64,000 nucleotides of DNA from a bacterium (GTDB taxonomy: Bacteria; JAAXHH01): positions 3,374,937 to 3,438,936 of the forward strand of contig CBDETH010000008.1 in assembly GCA_965242885.1 (NCBI GenBank), written 5' to 3'. Positions 18,923 to 28,101 of the stretch are shown here, one piece after another (the stretch's first letter is position 1; every line of letters starts with the position of its first letter). Under the pieces are notes generated by a model. The model saw only the letters and a list, made by a program, of their open reading frames with translations. It was not told the DNA's origin and searched no databases. Position numbers and translations under genes: made by a program.

Positions 18923-20503
18923 ATGAGCTATCTCTCGCTGATCTTCATACTTCTCTACTTCCTCGTCCTTTTCCTGCTCGCGGTCTACGGGGTCCACCGG
19001 TACCTGATGGTCTATCTGTACTACAAATATAAGGACCGGGCCGGGCGTGTAAAGCCGGAAGCCCTGGAGGATCCGCCCCCCGCGGTCACGGTGCAACTAC
19101 CCCTCTACAACGAGCAGTACGTGGTCGAAAGGCTGATCGACGCCGTCTGCCGTATCGACTATCCCCGCGACCGGCTGGAGATACAGGTTCTGGACGATTC
19201 GACCGACGAAACCCGTGGTCTCGCGGCCCGTTGCGTCGAACGTCACCGGGCGGCCGGCATCGATATCCACTATATTCACCGGAAGGAACGCACCGGATAC
19301 AAGGCGGGCGCGTTGCAGGAGGGGCTCGAGGTGGCGCGCGGCGCGTTCATCGCGATTTTCGACGCCGACTTCATCCCGCCGCCGGACTTCCTCAGGAACA
19401 CCATGCACCGGTTCCGTGACGATCGGGTGGGCCTGGTACAGACCCGATGGTCCTATCTCAACCGGGGCTACTCGATCCTGACACGGGTCCAGGCGATCAT
19501 GCTGGACGGCCATTTCGTAATGGAACACGGCGCCCGGAACCGGTCGGGGCGGTTTTTCAACTTCAATGGGACAGCGGGGATCTGGCGCCGGGAGTGCATC
19601 GAAGCGGCCGGCGGCTGGCAGCATGACACACTGACCGAGGACCTCGACTTGAGCTACCGCGCGCAACTCCGGGGCCAGCGCTTCGTATTCCTGGAGGAAG
19701 TCACCACGCCATCCGAACTCCCCGTGGAAATGAACGCCTTCAAGACCCAGCAGCACCGGTGGTCCAAGGGGTCCATACAGACCGCGAAAAAGATGCTACT
19801 CCCTGTATGGCGCAGCGCGCTGCCATTCCGCTTCAAGCTGGAGGCGACCTATCACCTCACGAACAACATGGCGTACCTGCTCATGCTGCTGCTATCGGTC
19901 CTGATCTTCCCGTCCATCGTGATCCGGGTACAGGCCGGATGGATCAATTCCTTCTGGATCGACCTGCCCTTTCTGTGCGCGGCCACGGTTTCCGTATCGC
20001 TCTTCTACCTGTTCGCGCAGTATGAAATCAACCGCACCAGGTGGATATGGTCCCCCTTTTACCTGCCCGTGCTCATGTCCATCGGCATCGGCATCTGCCT
20101 CAATAACACGCGGGCCGTCCTGGAGGCACTGCTGAACCTCAAGTCGGGTTTCCAGCGTACGCCCAAATACGGCATCCTCGGAAAAACGGACCAGGCGGAC
20201 CAGGCGGACCAGATGAACCAGGCGAACCAGGCGGATCAGATGAACCAGGCGAACCAGGCGGAGCAGTCGAACCAGGCGGGCCGTTCGAACCAGGCGGCCT
20301 CATGGCGCGATCTGCGCTACCGGGGGATCCGGAACTGGCTTCCCGCGCTGGAACTGCTGTTCGCTGTACATTTCGGCCTGCTGATCTACTACACGGCCAT
20401 CAACGGTATTTACGCCTCGATTCCCTTTCTGTGCCTGTTCTTCGCCGGTTACCTGTACGTCGGCCTGGCCTCCCTGTGGCCGGGAACCGCCCGCCAAGGT
20501 TAG
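18923..20503 (+). CDS. Family 2 glycosyltransferase, membrane-integrated processive type (CslA / monoglucosyl-DAG synthase-like)
   Basis: VTVQLPLYNE, VLDDSTDET, FDADF and QQHRWSKG (QxxRW). N- and C-terminal TM helices. Repeat-encoded DQADQADQMNQANQ... insert. Confidence 0.8.
   Translation: MSYLSLIFILLYFLVLFLLAVYGVHRYLMVYLYYKYKDRAGRVKPEALEDPPPAVTVQLPLYNEQYVVERLIDAVCRIDYPRDRLEIQVLDDSTDETRGLAARCVERHRAAGIDIHYIHRKERTGYKAGALQEGLEVARGAFIAIFDADFIPPPDFLRNTMHRFRDDRVGLVQTRWSYLNRGYSILTRVQAIMLDGHFVMEHGARNRSGRFFNFNGTAGIWRRECIEAAGGWQHDTLTEDLDLSYRAQLRGQRFVFLEEVTTPSELPVEMNAFKTQQHRWSKGSIQTAKKMLLPVWRSALPFRFKLEATYHLTNNMAYLLMLLLSVLIFPSIVIRVQAGWINSFWIDLPFLCAATVSVSLFYLFAQYEINRTRWIWSPFYLPVLMSIGIGICLNNTRAVLEALLNLKSGFQRTPKYGILGKTDQADQADQMNQANQADQMNQANQAEQSNQAGRSNQAASWRDLRYRGIRNWLPALELLFAVHFGLLIYYTAINGIYASIPFLCLFFAGYLYVGLASLWPGTARQG
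20188..20297. repeat. About 12 copies of a 9-bp tandem repeat (GACCAGGCG / GAACCAGGC variants), in frame in the GT2 gene
   Basis: Read directly. It encodes DQADQADQMNQANQADQMNQANQAEQSNQAGRSNQAA. Confidence 0.9.
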
Positions 20504-20506
20504 CCC

Positions 20507-21706
20507 ATGGAACGAGTCTTCGGCATCATCGGGCTGGTCATTCTACTGGCCATCGCCTGGCTCCTGTCGGATAACCGCGGGCGGATGAACTGGCGGCTCA
20601 TCGGCAGCGGCCTGGCACTTCAGGGACTGCTGGCCCTACTGCTGCTGCACACGGCGCCCGGCCAGGTGGTGTTCGACGTGGCCCGGCTGGCCGTCAACAA
20701 GGTGATCGCCTTCTCCAACGAGGGTGCGCGGTTCGTCTTCGGCGACCTGGTGGAAACCGCGCTTTTCGGTTTCTCCGTGCTCCCGATGATCATCTTCGTA
20801 TCCTCCATTACTTCGATCCTGTTCTATCTGGGCTTCATCCAGTGGATCGTCCGCCAGATGGCCCGTGTCATGGTGCGCGTCATGGGAGCTTCCGGCTCGG
20901 AATCCATGGCCGCTGCGGCGAACGTCTATCTCGGGGCTTCCACCGCGCCACTCGTCATACTGCCTTACCTCAAGACCATGACCCGGTCCGAGATCATGGC
21001 CGTGATGACCTCCGGTATGGCGACCGTGGCGGGTTCCGTGCTGGCCGCCTATGTCGCCCTGGGCGCAGACGCCGGCCATCTCCTGGCCGCCTCGCTCATG
21101 TCGGCGCCGGCGGCGCTGGTCGTTGCCAAGATCATGACCCCCGAGACCGAAACCTCACGCACCATGGGCGTCGTGACCGTAGACGTTCCGAAACCGGGGG
21201 TCAACTTCATCGATGCGGCCTGCAGCGGCGCGTCGGACGGATTGAGACTGGCGTTGAACGTGGCGGCCATGCTCATCATAGCCATCGCCTTCGTCAGCCT
21301 GTTCAACTGGGCGGTGGGACTCGCCCCCTACGTGGGCGGTGAACCGCTCTCTTTAGAACGGATGCTCGGGTGGCTCTGCGCGCCGTTGGCCCTGTTCATG
21401 GGCGTGGCGTGGGAAGACGCCCAGTCCGTGGGCATGTTGATCGGCAAGAAGACCATCCTGAATGAATTCCTCGCCTACCAGGACCTCAGCGCCATGCAGG
21501 CGCAACTGTCGGAACGGTCCTTCGCCATCGCCACGTACGCGCTGTGCAGCTTCGCCAACTTCGGGACCATTGCGATCATGATCGGGGGGATCGGAGGACT
21601 GGTGCCGGAACGGCGCAAGGACATCGCCCGGTTCGGTATCCGGTCCATGATCGGCGGCGCCCTGGCCGCCAACATGACCGCCACCGTGGCGGGCCTCCTG
21701 ATGTAG
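20507..21706 (+). CDS. NupC/CNT family nucleoside transporter
   Basis: N-terminus GIIGLVILLAIAWLLSDNR and conserved polytopic C-terminal domain. Length of 399 aa. Confidence 0.8.
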   Translation: MERVFGIIGLVILLAIAWLLSDNRGRMNWRLIGSGLALQGLLALLLLHTAPGQVVFDVARLAVNKVIAFSNEGARFVFGDLVETALFGFSVLPMIIFVSSITSILFYLGFIQWIVRQMARVMVRVMGASGSESMAAAANVYLGASTAPLVILPYLKTMTRSEIMAVMTSGMATVAGSVLAAYVALGADAGHLLAASLMSAPAALVVAKIMTPETETSRTMGVVTVDVPKPGVNFIDAACSGASDGLRLALNVAAMLIIAIAFVSLFNWAVGLAPYVGGEPLSLERMLGWLCAPLALFMGVAWEDAQSVGMLIGKKTILNEFLAYQDLSAMQAQLSERSFAIATYALCSFANFGTIAIMIGGIGGLVPERRKDIARFGIRSMIGGALAANMTATVAGLLM

Positions 21707-24700
21707 TGGATGCCTCCAAGGACCATAGGCTGGCGGCCGAGATCCGGGACCTGCTCCCCCGCTGCACGCTCAAGGACCGGCGGGACATCCAGCGTGGGCT
21801 TAAAACCGCACGCAATAAACGCGGCGGGAGAGGGAGCGGTGCACGCAGCGAGCGCGATAGCCACGGCGGGAGTGGCGGCGGTGCGCGTAGCGGGAGCGGG
21901 GACCGCGGCGGGAGTGGCGACGGTGCGCACAGCGGGAGCGATGACCACGGCCGGCTTCGCAGGCTGAAGGAGCGGGCGGACGCCTCGGCAAGCCTCGTGG
22001 AGGCGCGCCTTAGGTCGGCCCCCTCCTTCGACATCGACCCCCAGTTGCCCATTTCAACCCGAAAAAATGAGATCCTCGAAACCCTGCGCAGCCACCCGGT
22101 AGTCATCGTGACGGGGGAGACCGGTTCGGGCAAGACGACGCAGTTGCCCCGGATCTGTCTCGAAGCCGGCCGGGGTATATACGGTCGCATCGCGTGCACG
22201 CAGCCCCGGCGTGTCGCCGCCCTGTCGGTCTCGCGCCGCATCGCCGAGGAGCTCGGCGCGACCTGGGGACGGGAAGTCGGGTGCAAGATCCGGTTCACGG
22301 ACGAGACCGTGGCCGAGACCCGCATCAAGATGATGACCGACGGCATGCTGCTCGCCGAGATACAGCACGATCCGGACCTGCTTGAATACGACACGATCAT
22401 CATCGACGAGGCCCACGAACGCAGCCTGAACATCGACTTCCTGCTCGGTTACCTGCGTCTGCTGATCCGGCGCAGGAAAGACCTCAAGATCGTGGTCACC
22501 TCGGCGACGATCGACGCCGCCGCTTTCTCGAACGCCTTCGGCCAGGCGCCGGTCGTCGAAGTGTCCGGACGGCTGCACCCGGTGGAGATCCGCTATCTGC
22601 CCCTCGAGGACACCCGCGGTGAATCCGAAGTATATACCTATGTCGACGGGGCGGTGGACGCGGTCGACAGGATCATGGAAGAACCCGGCCGGGGCGACGT
22701 CCTGGTGTTTCTCCCCACGGAGAAGGACATCCACGAGACACGCAGGAGGCTGGACGGCCGGTCCTACCGACACACCGACGTGCTTCCGCTTTTCGGCCGG
22801 CTGACCAGCGCGGATCAGCAGCGGGTCTTCCGGCCGGGGAACAACCGGCGCATCGTCGTGGCCACGAACGTCGCCGAGACCTCGCTGACCATACCGCGCA
22901 TCAAGTACGTCGTCGATACCGGTCTCGCGCGGATCAGCCGTTACGCCGCGCGGACCCGCACCCAGCGCCTGCCTATCGAACCCATTGCGAAAAGCAGCGC
23001 CCTGCAACGGGCCGGACGGTGCGGTCGCGTGTCGGGAGGCGTCTGCCTTCGGCTCTACAGCGAGGCCGACCTCGAAAGCCGACCGGAATTCACCACGCCC
23101 GAGTTGCAGCGCGCCAATCTCGCCGAAGTCATCCTGCGCATGCTGGCGCTGAAACTGGGCGACGTCCAAGCCTTCCCCTTTCTCGACCCGCCCACGCCCC
23201 AGGCGATCCGGGACGGGTTCGGGCTGCTCGCCGAACTGGGGGCCATCGACCGGAATCGGCGATTGACCGGCCGGGGCAGGGACATGGCTAGATTGCCGGT
23301 ATCGCCCACGGTGTCGCGCATGTTGCTGCAGGCCCGGCAGGAAGGTGTCCTGCAGGAAGTCCTCGTGATCGCGTCGGCCATCAGCATACAGGATCCCCGC
23401 GTGAGGCCGATCGACCAGCAGGTAAAGGCGGACGCCGAACACCGCAAATTCAGGGACGGGACATCGGATTTCCTGACCCTCCTCAATATCTGGGAGGCCT
23501 TTCACCGCACCTTCGAGCACCTGCAGACCCAGTCCGCCATGCGCAGGTTCTGCCGGCAACACTACCTGTCCTACAACCGCATGCGCGAGTGGCGCGATAT
23601 CTACGTGCAACTCCGCCGCGCGCTGCGGGAATCAGGCGGTTTCCGAGGAAGGGCGGGGCGGGCGGGAAACGCGCACTACGACGCGATCCACCGGTCGATC
23701 CTCAGCGGACTGCTCAGCCAGGTCGCTGAACACCGGGAAGGCAACCTCTATACCGGCGCCCGGAGCCGCACCGCCATGATCTTCCCTGGTTCCGGTCTCT
23801 TTCGACGTAAACCGGTTGACCAGCATCCGAGGAAGAAATCCGCCGAACGGGATGAGGCGGATACCGGGCAGGACGGTTCGGATGGAACACGGAACGGGAA
23901 GGGAGCCGCACCCTGGATCGTAGCCGCGGAGATGGTCGAGACCAACCGGCTCTATGCGCGCACGGTAGCCCGGATTCAACCGGGGTGGGCCGCCGAGTTG
24001 GGCCGCCACCTGTGTCGTGCTTCCTGCTCCGATGCGAGATGGGACCGGGCCGCCGGTCGAGTGACGGCCACGGAGACGCTGCACCTGTACGGCCTGATGG
24101 TCGCCCGCCGGACTGTCGACTACAAGAAGATCGATCCCGATGACGCGACGCGTATCTTCATCCGCGACGCACTGGTCGGCGTGTTCGGCCAGGGCGGTTT
24201 GGTCGGCGACGATCTGCGAGCCCGGCACGGCTTCCTGGAGCATAACCGCAAGATACGGCGGGATGCCGAGATCTGGCTGCTGCAACACAGAAACGCCTAC
24301 CGCGTCGATCTCGACGAGGCTGCCTTCCGTTTCTACGAGGAACGGATTTCCGGGGTATCTTCGGTGCACGATCTCAATCGGTTGATGAAGACAGCCGACG
24401 CGGACAAGGCTTCCTTCCTGCATATGGAAATCGGGGATCTTACGGGTACCAAGGAGGAAGAGGACGGGGCGAGCAGTCAAGATGGACCGGGTGGACCAGG
24501 CAGACCGGGCGGACCAGGCGGTCCGGGCCGGCCAGGTCGGCCTGGGGGTTTTCCGGAACATTTCAACCTGGAAGGCGATCTGCTTCCCCTGCAGTATGCC
24601 TGCCGGCCGGGCCGGGAGGAGGATGGGGTCACCCTTTCTTTGCCCGTCGACCGGGTCCATCTGCTGGATCCCAATACGCTGGAATGGCTCGTGCCCGGCC

Positions 24701-25911
24701 TGCTGTGCGAGAAAATCGAAGCCCTCCTCCGAGGGCTTCCCGGAAGGAAACGCAAGCAGCTCGTGCCCATACCGGAAACGGCCCGGACGATCGCGGAGGA
24801 CCTGGATCCTTCCGCTTCCTCCCTGACCGATGCGCTCGCGGCATACATCGCCAGGCGGCACGGGATCGAAATCGACCCGACGGACTGGTCATCCGAGTCC
24901 GTTCCAGATCACTTGAGCATGCGCGTCCTGGTGACTGCGGAGGACGGGAGCACCGTCCTTTCCACCCGCGATCCGGACCGACTGCACGCCGAAGTCACGG
25001 GCCGCGTCGCCGCCGTCGAATCGGAAGGATGGCGGAAAGCGGCGGAAACCTGGGAGCAGTTTGACCTGCGGGACTGGTCGGTCGGGGACCTGCCGGAAAG
25101 GGTCGAAATCGGGCTGTCGGGAACCGTGCCCCAGTACGCATATCCCGGAATACAGGCCGATGACGACATGGTGGACCTCCGCCTGTTCCGGGACCGCCAT
25201 GAAGCGCTACGGGAAAGCCGCAGGGGGCTGGTTCGGCTGCTCGAACGCCGGATGGGCGAGGAAATGGCCTGGCTGCGCCGAGACCTGGCGTTTCTGCAAG
25301 ACCTCCACACCCTGGCGGACCATGCCGGCGGGTCCGAAGCGCTGCAGGATTCCGCTTACGACCACCTCCTGGCCGCCCTGTTCACCCGGGAACCCCTGTA
25401 TCCGCTGACGGCCCAGCGCTTCGAAGAAGACGTGGAGACCGCGCGAGCGCTGTTGAAGCAGCTCCCCCGCTGGTTTCGGCAACAGATGGAGGCACTGGAA
25501 AGGGTTGTCGGGAAAGACTTCAAAACGGCCGGCGCTTATCCTGGCATGGAAGACGATCTCGACCGATTGTTTCCACCCGATTTCCTGCGGAAAACACCCG
25601 CCGTCGAATTGCCCAACCTGGCCCGGTACCTCAAGGCGGTGGGAATACGTTCCCGCCGGGCCCGGGAAGACCGAACGAAGGACCTGAAGAAGGCGGAGCG
25701 GGTCAAACCCTTCGACGAGGCGCTCAAGTCACTGATAACCCGGGACGATGTGGATACCGCCAGACTGGATGAATTCAGGTGGTTGCTTGAAGAATACCGC
25801 GTGTCGGTGTACGCCCAGGAACTGGGAACCGCACGAACCGTCTCGCCGAAGAGACTGGAGGAACTGTTGGTCCGGATCGAAGCGGGCGCTAGCGAGCCGG
25901 GATCTTCATGA
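21706..25911 (+). CDS. hrpA: ATP-dependent RNA helicase HrpA (DEAH box)
   Basis: GETGSGKTTQLP, IIIDEAHERS, SATID, TNVAETSLTIP and QRAGRCGR, plus the long HrpA C-terminal region. The probable GTG start at 21706 overlaps the nupC stop. The ORF-track start at 21544 lies inside nupC. Confidence 0.9.
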   Translation: MDASKDHRLAAEIRDLLPRCTLKDRRDIQRGLKTARNKRGGRGSGARSERDSHGGSGGGARSGSGDRGGSGDGAHSGSDDHGRLRRLKERADASASLVEARLRSAPSFDIDPQLPISTRKNEILETLRSHPVVIVTGETGSGKTTQLPRICLEAGRGIYGRIACTQPRRVAALSVSRRIAEELGATWGREVGCKIRFTDETVAETRIKMMTDGMLLAEIQHDPDLLEYDTIIIDEAHERSLNIDFLLGYLRLLIRRRKDLKIVVTSATIDAAAFSNAFGQAPVVEVSGRLHPVEIRYLPLEDTRGESEVYTYVDGAVDAVDRIMEEPGRGDVLVFLPTEKDIHETRRRLDGRSYRHTDVLPLFGRLTSADQQRVFRPGNNRRIVVATNVAETSLTIPRIKYVVDTGLARISRYAARTRTQRLPIEPIAKSSALQRAGRCGRVSGGVCLRLYSEADLESRPEFTTPELQRANLAEVILRMLALKLGDVQAFPFLDPPTPQAIRDGFGLLAELGAIDRNRRLTGRGRDMARLPVSPTVSRMLLQARQEGVLQEVLVIASAISIQDPRVRPIDQQVKADAEHRKFRDGTSDFLTLLNIWEAFHRTFEHLQTQSAMRRFCRQHYLSYNRMREWRDIYVQLRRALRESGGFRGRAGRAGNAHYDAIHRSILSGLLSQVAEHREGNLYTGARSRTAMIFPGSGLFRRKPVDQHPRKKSAERDEADTGQDGSDGTRNGKGAAPWIVAAEMVETNRLYARTVARIQPGWAAELGRHLCRASCSDARWDRAAGRVTATETLHLYGLMVARRTVDYKKIDPDDATRIFIRDALVGVFGQGGLVGDDLRARHGFLEHNRKIRRDAEIWLLQHRNAYRVDLDEAAFRFYEERISGVSSVHDLNRLMKTADADKASFLHMEIGDLTGTKEEEDGASSQDGPGGPGRPGGPGGPGRPGRPGGFPEHFNLEGDLLPLQYACRPGREEDGVTLSLPVDRVHLLDPNTLEWLVPGLLCEKIEALLRGLPGRKRKQLVPIPETARTIAEDLDPSASSLTDALAAYIARRHGIEIDPTDWSSESVPDHLSMRVLVTAEDGSTVLSTRDPDRLHAEVTGRVAAVESEGWRKAAETWEQFDLRDWSVGDLPERVEIGLSGTVPQYAYPGIQADDDMVDLRLFRDRHEALRESRRGLVRLLERRMGEEMAWLRRDLAFLQDLHTLADHAGGSEALQDSAYDHLLAALFTREPLYPLTAQRFEEDVETARALLKQLPRWFRQQMEALERVVGKDFKTAGAYPGMEDDLDRLFPPDFLRKTPAVELPNLARYLKAVGIRSRRAREDRTKDLKKAERVKPFDEALKSLITRDDVDTARLDEFRWLLEEYRVSVYAQELGTARTVSPKRLEELLVRIEAGASEPGSS
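21820..21954. repeat. About 3.2 copies of a 42-bp tandem repeat, in frame near the hrpA N-terminus
   Basis: Read directly. It encodes RGGRGSGARSERDS / HGGSGGGARSGSGD / RGGSGDGAHSGSDD / HGR. Confidence 0.9.
24481..24549. repeat. GGACCAGGC/GGNCCGGGC-type short tandem repeat, in frame in hrpA
   Basis: Encodes GPGGPGRPGGPGGPGRPGRPGG. Confidence 0.85.
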
Positions 25912-25915
25912 GGCA

Positions 25916-26602
25916 TCACGAGGCGTATCGCGTCGGATCCTCGATTCCGGCTTCTTCGAACCCGTTCCGCCGCAGGATGCAGGCGTCGCATCGGCCGCAG
26001 GCCGCCCCGTCGTCCGCCGGGTCGTAACAGCTGGTCGTGAGGGCGTAGTCCACGCCGAGCCGGACGCCGGTACGCAGGATATCTGACTTGGACATTTCGA
26101 TGAGCGGCGCGTGGATGTTGAACCTGCCTTCGCCGGTCACCCCCGCACGCGTGGCCAGGTTGGCCAGGTGCTCGTAGGCCGCGATATATTCGGGCCGGCA
26201 ATCAGGATAGCCGCTGTAATCGATGGCGTTGGCGCCTATGTACAGGTCGAATGCACCGAGCACTTCCGCCCAGCCCAGCGCGAAGGAAAGGAAGATGGTG
26301 TTGCGGGCCGGGACGTAGGTGGACGGTATCTGCCCTGCCATGGTCTCGGGATCCTGGTCCCTGGGCACCGGGATGTCGTCCGTCAGCGCCGACCCGCCGA
26401 TGGCCCGCAGGTCGATGGGTATGGTCACGTGGCGCCCGACTCCCATGGACTCGGCGACGCGCCTGGCCGCTTCGAGCTCGAACCGGTGGCGCTGGCCGTA
26501 GTCGAAGGTGATGGCGTGGCACGCGAATCCTTCGTGCCTGGCCAAGGCGAGCGTGGTCGCCGAATCGACCCCGCCGCTGAGCAGTACGACGGCAGCCTTC
26601 AT
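25916..26602 (-). CDS. queC: 7-cyano-7-deazaguanine synthase
   Basis: [10 protein letters not shown]-loop, FDYGQRH and a C-terminal Cys cluster (CYDP...ACGRCDAC). Confidence 0.95.
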   Translation of the reverse strand: MKAAVVLLSGGVDSATTLALARHEGFACHAITFDYGQRHRFELEAARRVAESMGVGRHVTIPIDLRAIGGSALTDDIPVPRDQDPETMAGQIPSTYVPARNTIFLSFALGWAEVLGAFDLYIGANAIDYSGYPDCRPEYIAAYEHLANLATRAGVTGEGRFNIHAPLIEMSKSDILRTGVRLGVDYALTTSCYDPADDGAACGRCDACILRRNGFEEAGIEDPTRYAS

Positions 26603-26616
26603 GGCAGTCCCATTCC

Positions 26617-26844
26617 TCAGGAAGTGTACAGCAGACTGGCGATGATGGATCCGGCGATGACGACCAGTGCCAGCATGAGCTTGTTGGCAGCGGCAGAAAT
26701 CCTCTTGTCGATTCTGTCGTCCATTGCGGAAAACCGTGCGTCCATCGTGTCGAACCGGGCGTACATGAGTTCCTTCAGTGAGGAAACCAAGGCTTCCAGG
26801 TCGGCCTTCGTTGCAAATTCGTGCTGGGGGGTGGTTGGCGGCAT
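26617..26844 (-). CDS. Small tail-anchored coiled-coil membrane protein (75 aa), hypothetical
   Basis: A GGGAGGA RBS lies 6 nt upstream of ATG 26844. C-terminal [19 protein letters not shown]. The longer ORF-track start at 26982 was rejected. Confidence 0.55.
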   Translation of the reverse strand: MPPTTPQHEFATKADLEALVSSLKELMYARFDTMDARFSAMDDRIDKRISAAANKLMLALVVIAGSIIASLLYTS

Positions 26845-27039
26845 CGTAATCCTCCCGGTGGTACAGTGTGTAAACTTGCGAACGAACCAGATGCCCGACC
26901 TGGTGATCGAAACGTACCCTAGTCCCTCGTATAAAACGTAGCGCAGATTATGCCACCATTGCGAAGGCGCGATCGGGCGCAATATATTGAGTTAGTCGCA
27001 AAACCGCAATGCTTCTAGCCTGTAATCCGGAGGTAAAAC

Positions 27040-27924
27040 ATGTTCAGAGACGTGCGTGTCGCGGCGCTCTCGTTCAAGCCGGTCAAGCTGGACCTGCAGG
27101 GGAACGCGGCCCGGCTCGAAGAGATGTTTCGCGAGGCCGCGGCCGACGGGGCCGAACTCGCCGTCGCGCCGGAAGGCGTGCTGGAAGGTTACGTGGTCAA
27201 CGAGATCATCGACGGCGAAATCCCGCCGGAGGAAATGAACCGCGTCTCGCTGACCATGCGCAGCCCGGTCATCGGGCGGTTCCGCGTACTCGCGAGATCG
27301 TTGAACATGTGCCTCGCCTTCGGTCTCGCCGAGCGGATCGGGGACGAGGTATACAACTGCGCGGTATTCCTTGACCAGCGGGGACGGCTGCGGGGCAAGT
27401 ACCACAAGATGCAGCTGGCCGAGGGGCATCACCGGTCGTGGTGGTTCAACCGCCTGGGCAAACGTAGCCGCGCCTTCGACACCCCCTACGGGCGGGCCGG
27501 CATGGTCATCTGCAACGACCGGTGGAACCCGGATATTGCCCGCATTCCAGTGCTCGACGGCGCCCGGTACCTGCTCATTCCCTCCTTCGGATCGACAGCC
27601 CGCGCCCAGGACCGGGCCGTGCTCGCCCGGGCGCGCGAGAACGGCGTGCCCATCGTCGAAGCCAACGTCGGCGTCACGATGATCGTGAGCAAAGGGGAAA
27701 TCGTCGCCCTGTCCCGCAAGCAGACCGCCATCACCCATGGGACCATCGCCATTCCGGCGCCGTCGTCGCTTCGGAACCGGGACCGCCATGAACGGGGATT
27801 TCTCGCCTGGCGCCGCCGCGAAATGCCCCTGCGGTACCGGGACCGGATGCGCAGAAAGAGGCAGGGCCGTGATACCGTAGAGGTCGGCCATGACGCGAAG
27901 GGCCGGCTGATCGAGAAGGACTGA
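27040..27924 (+). CDS. Carbon-nitrogen hydrolase (nitrilase superfamily) protein
   Basis: E-K-C triad context: VAPEG, KYHKMQL and MVICNDRW. Confidence 0.8.
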   Translation: MFRDVRVAALSFKPVKLDLQGNAARLEEMFREAAADGAELAVAPEGVLEGYVVNEIIDGEIPPEEMNRVSLTMRSPVIGRFRVLARSLNMCLAFGLAERIGDEVYNCAVFLDQRGRLRGKYHKMQLAEGHHRSWWFNRLGKRSRAFDTPYGRAGMVICNDRWNPDIARIPVLDGARYLLIPSFGSTARAQDRAVLARARENGVPIVEANVGVTMIVSKGEIVALSRKQTAITHGTIAIPAPSSLRNRDRHERGFLAWRRREMPLRYRDRMRRKRQGRDTVEVGHDAKGRLIEKD

Positions 27925-28007
27925 CGGCCTCAGAACCCGTTGGTGCGCCGTAAATTGCGTCTTGCCTGTCCAATCGCTATTCCCTTATCTTTTTCGTGAT
28001 TGTCAAC

Positions 28008-28051
28008 CTGCCGGCGTGCGGCTTGGACCCTGCCGGTGTACGGCTTGGACC
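28008..28051. repeat. Two copies of a 22-bp direct repeat, about 50 nt upstream of the nadE start
   Basis: ctgccggcgtgcggcttggacc / ctgccggtgtacggcttggacc, read directly. Confidence 0.85.
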
Positions 28052-28101
28052 ACCGGCCGGGATGCCGGATCGAGCCGGTTCGTGCGGAATCGCGGCGAGA
28101 T

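Noticed and set aside
21544-21705. An upstream extension of the hrpA ORF into nupC.
   Set aside because: It overlaps the well-supported C-terminus of the nucleoside transporter. An in-frame GTG at the nupC stop (21706) is the more plausible start.
28000-28101. A 34-codon extension of nadE starting at 28000.
   Set aside because: It covers the 22-bp direct-repeat region and its translation is unlike any NadE N-terminus. ATG 28102 gives a normal N-terminus.
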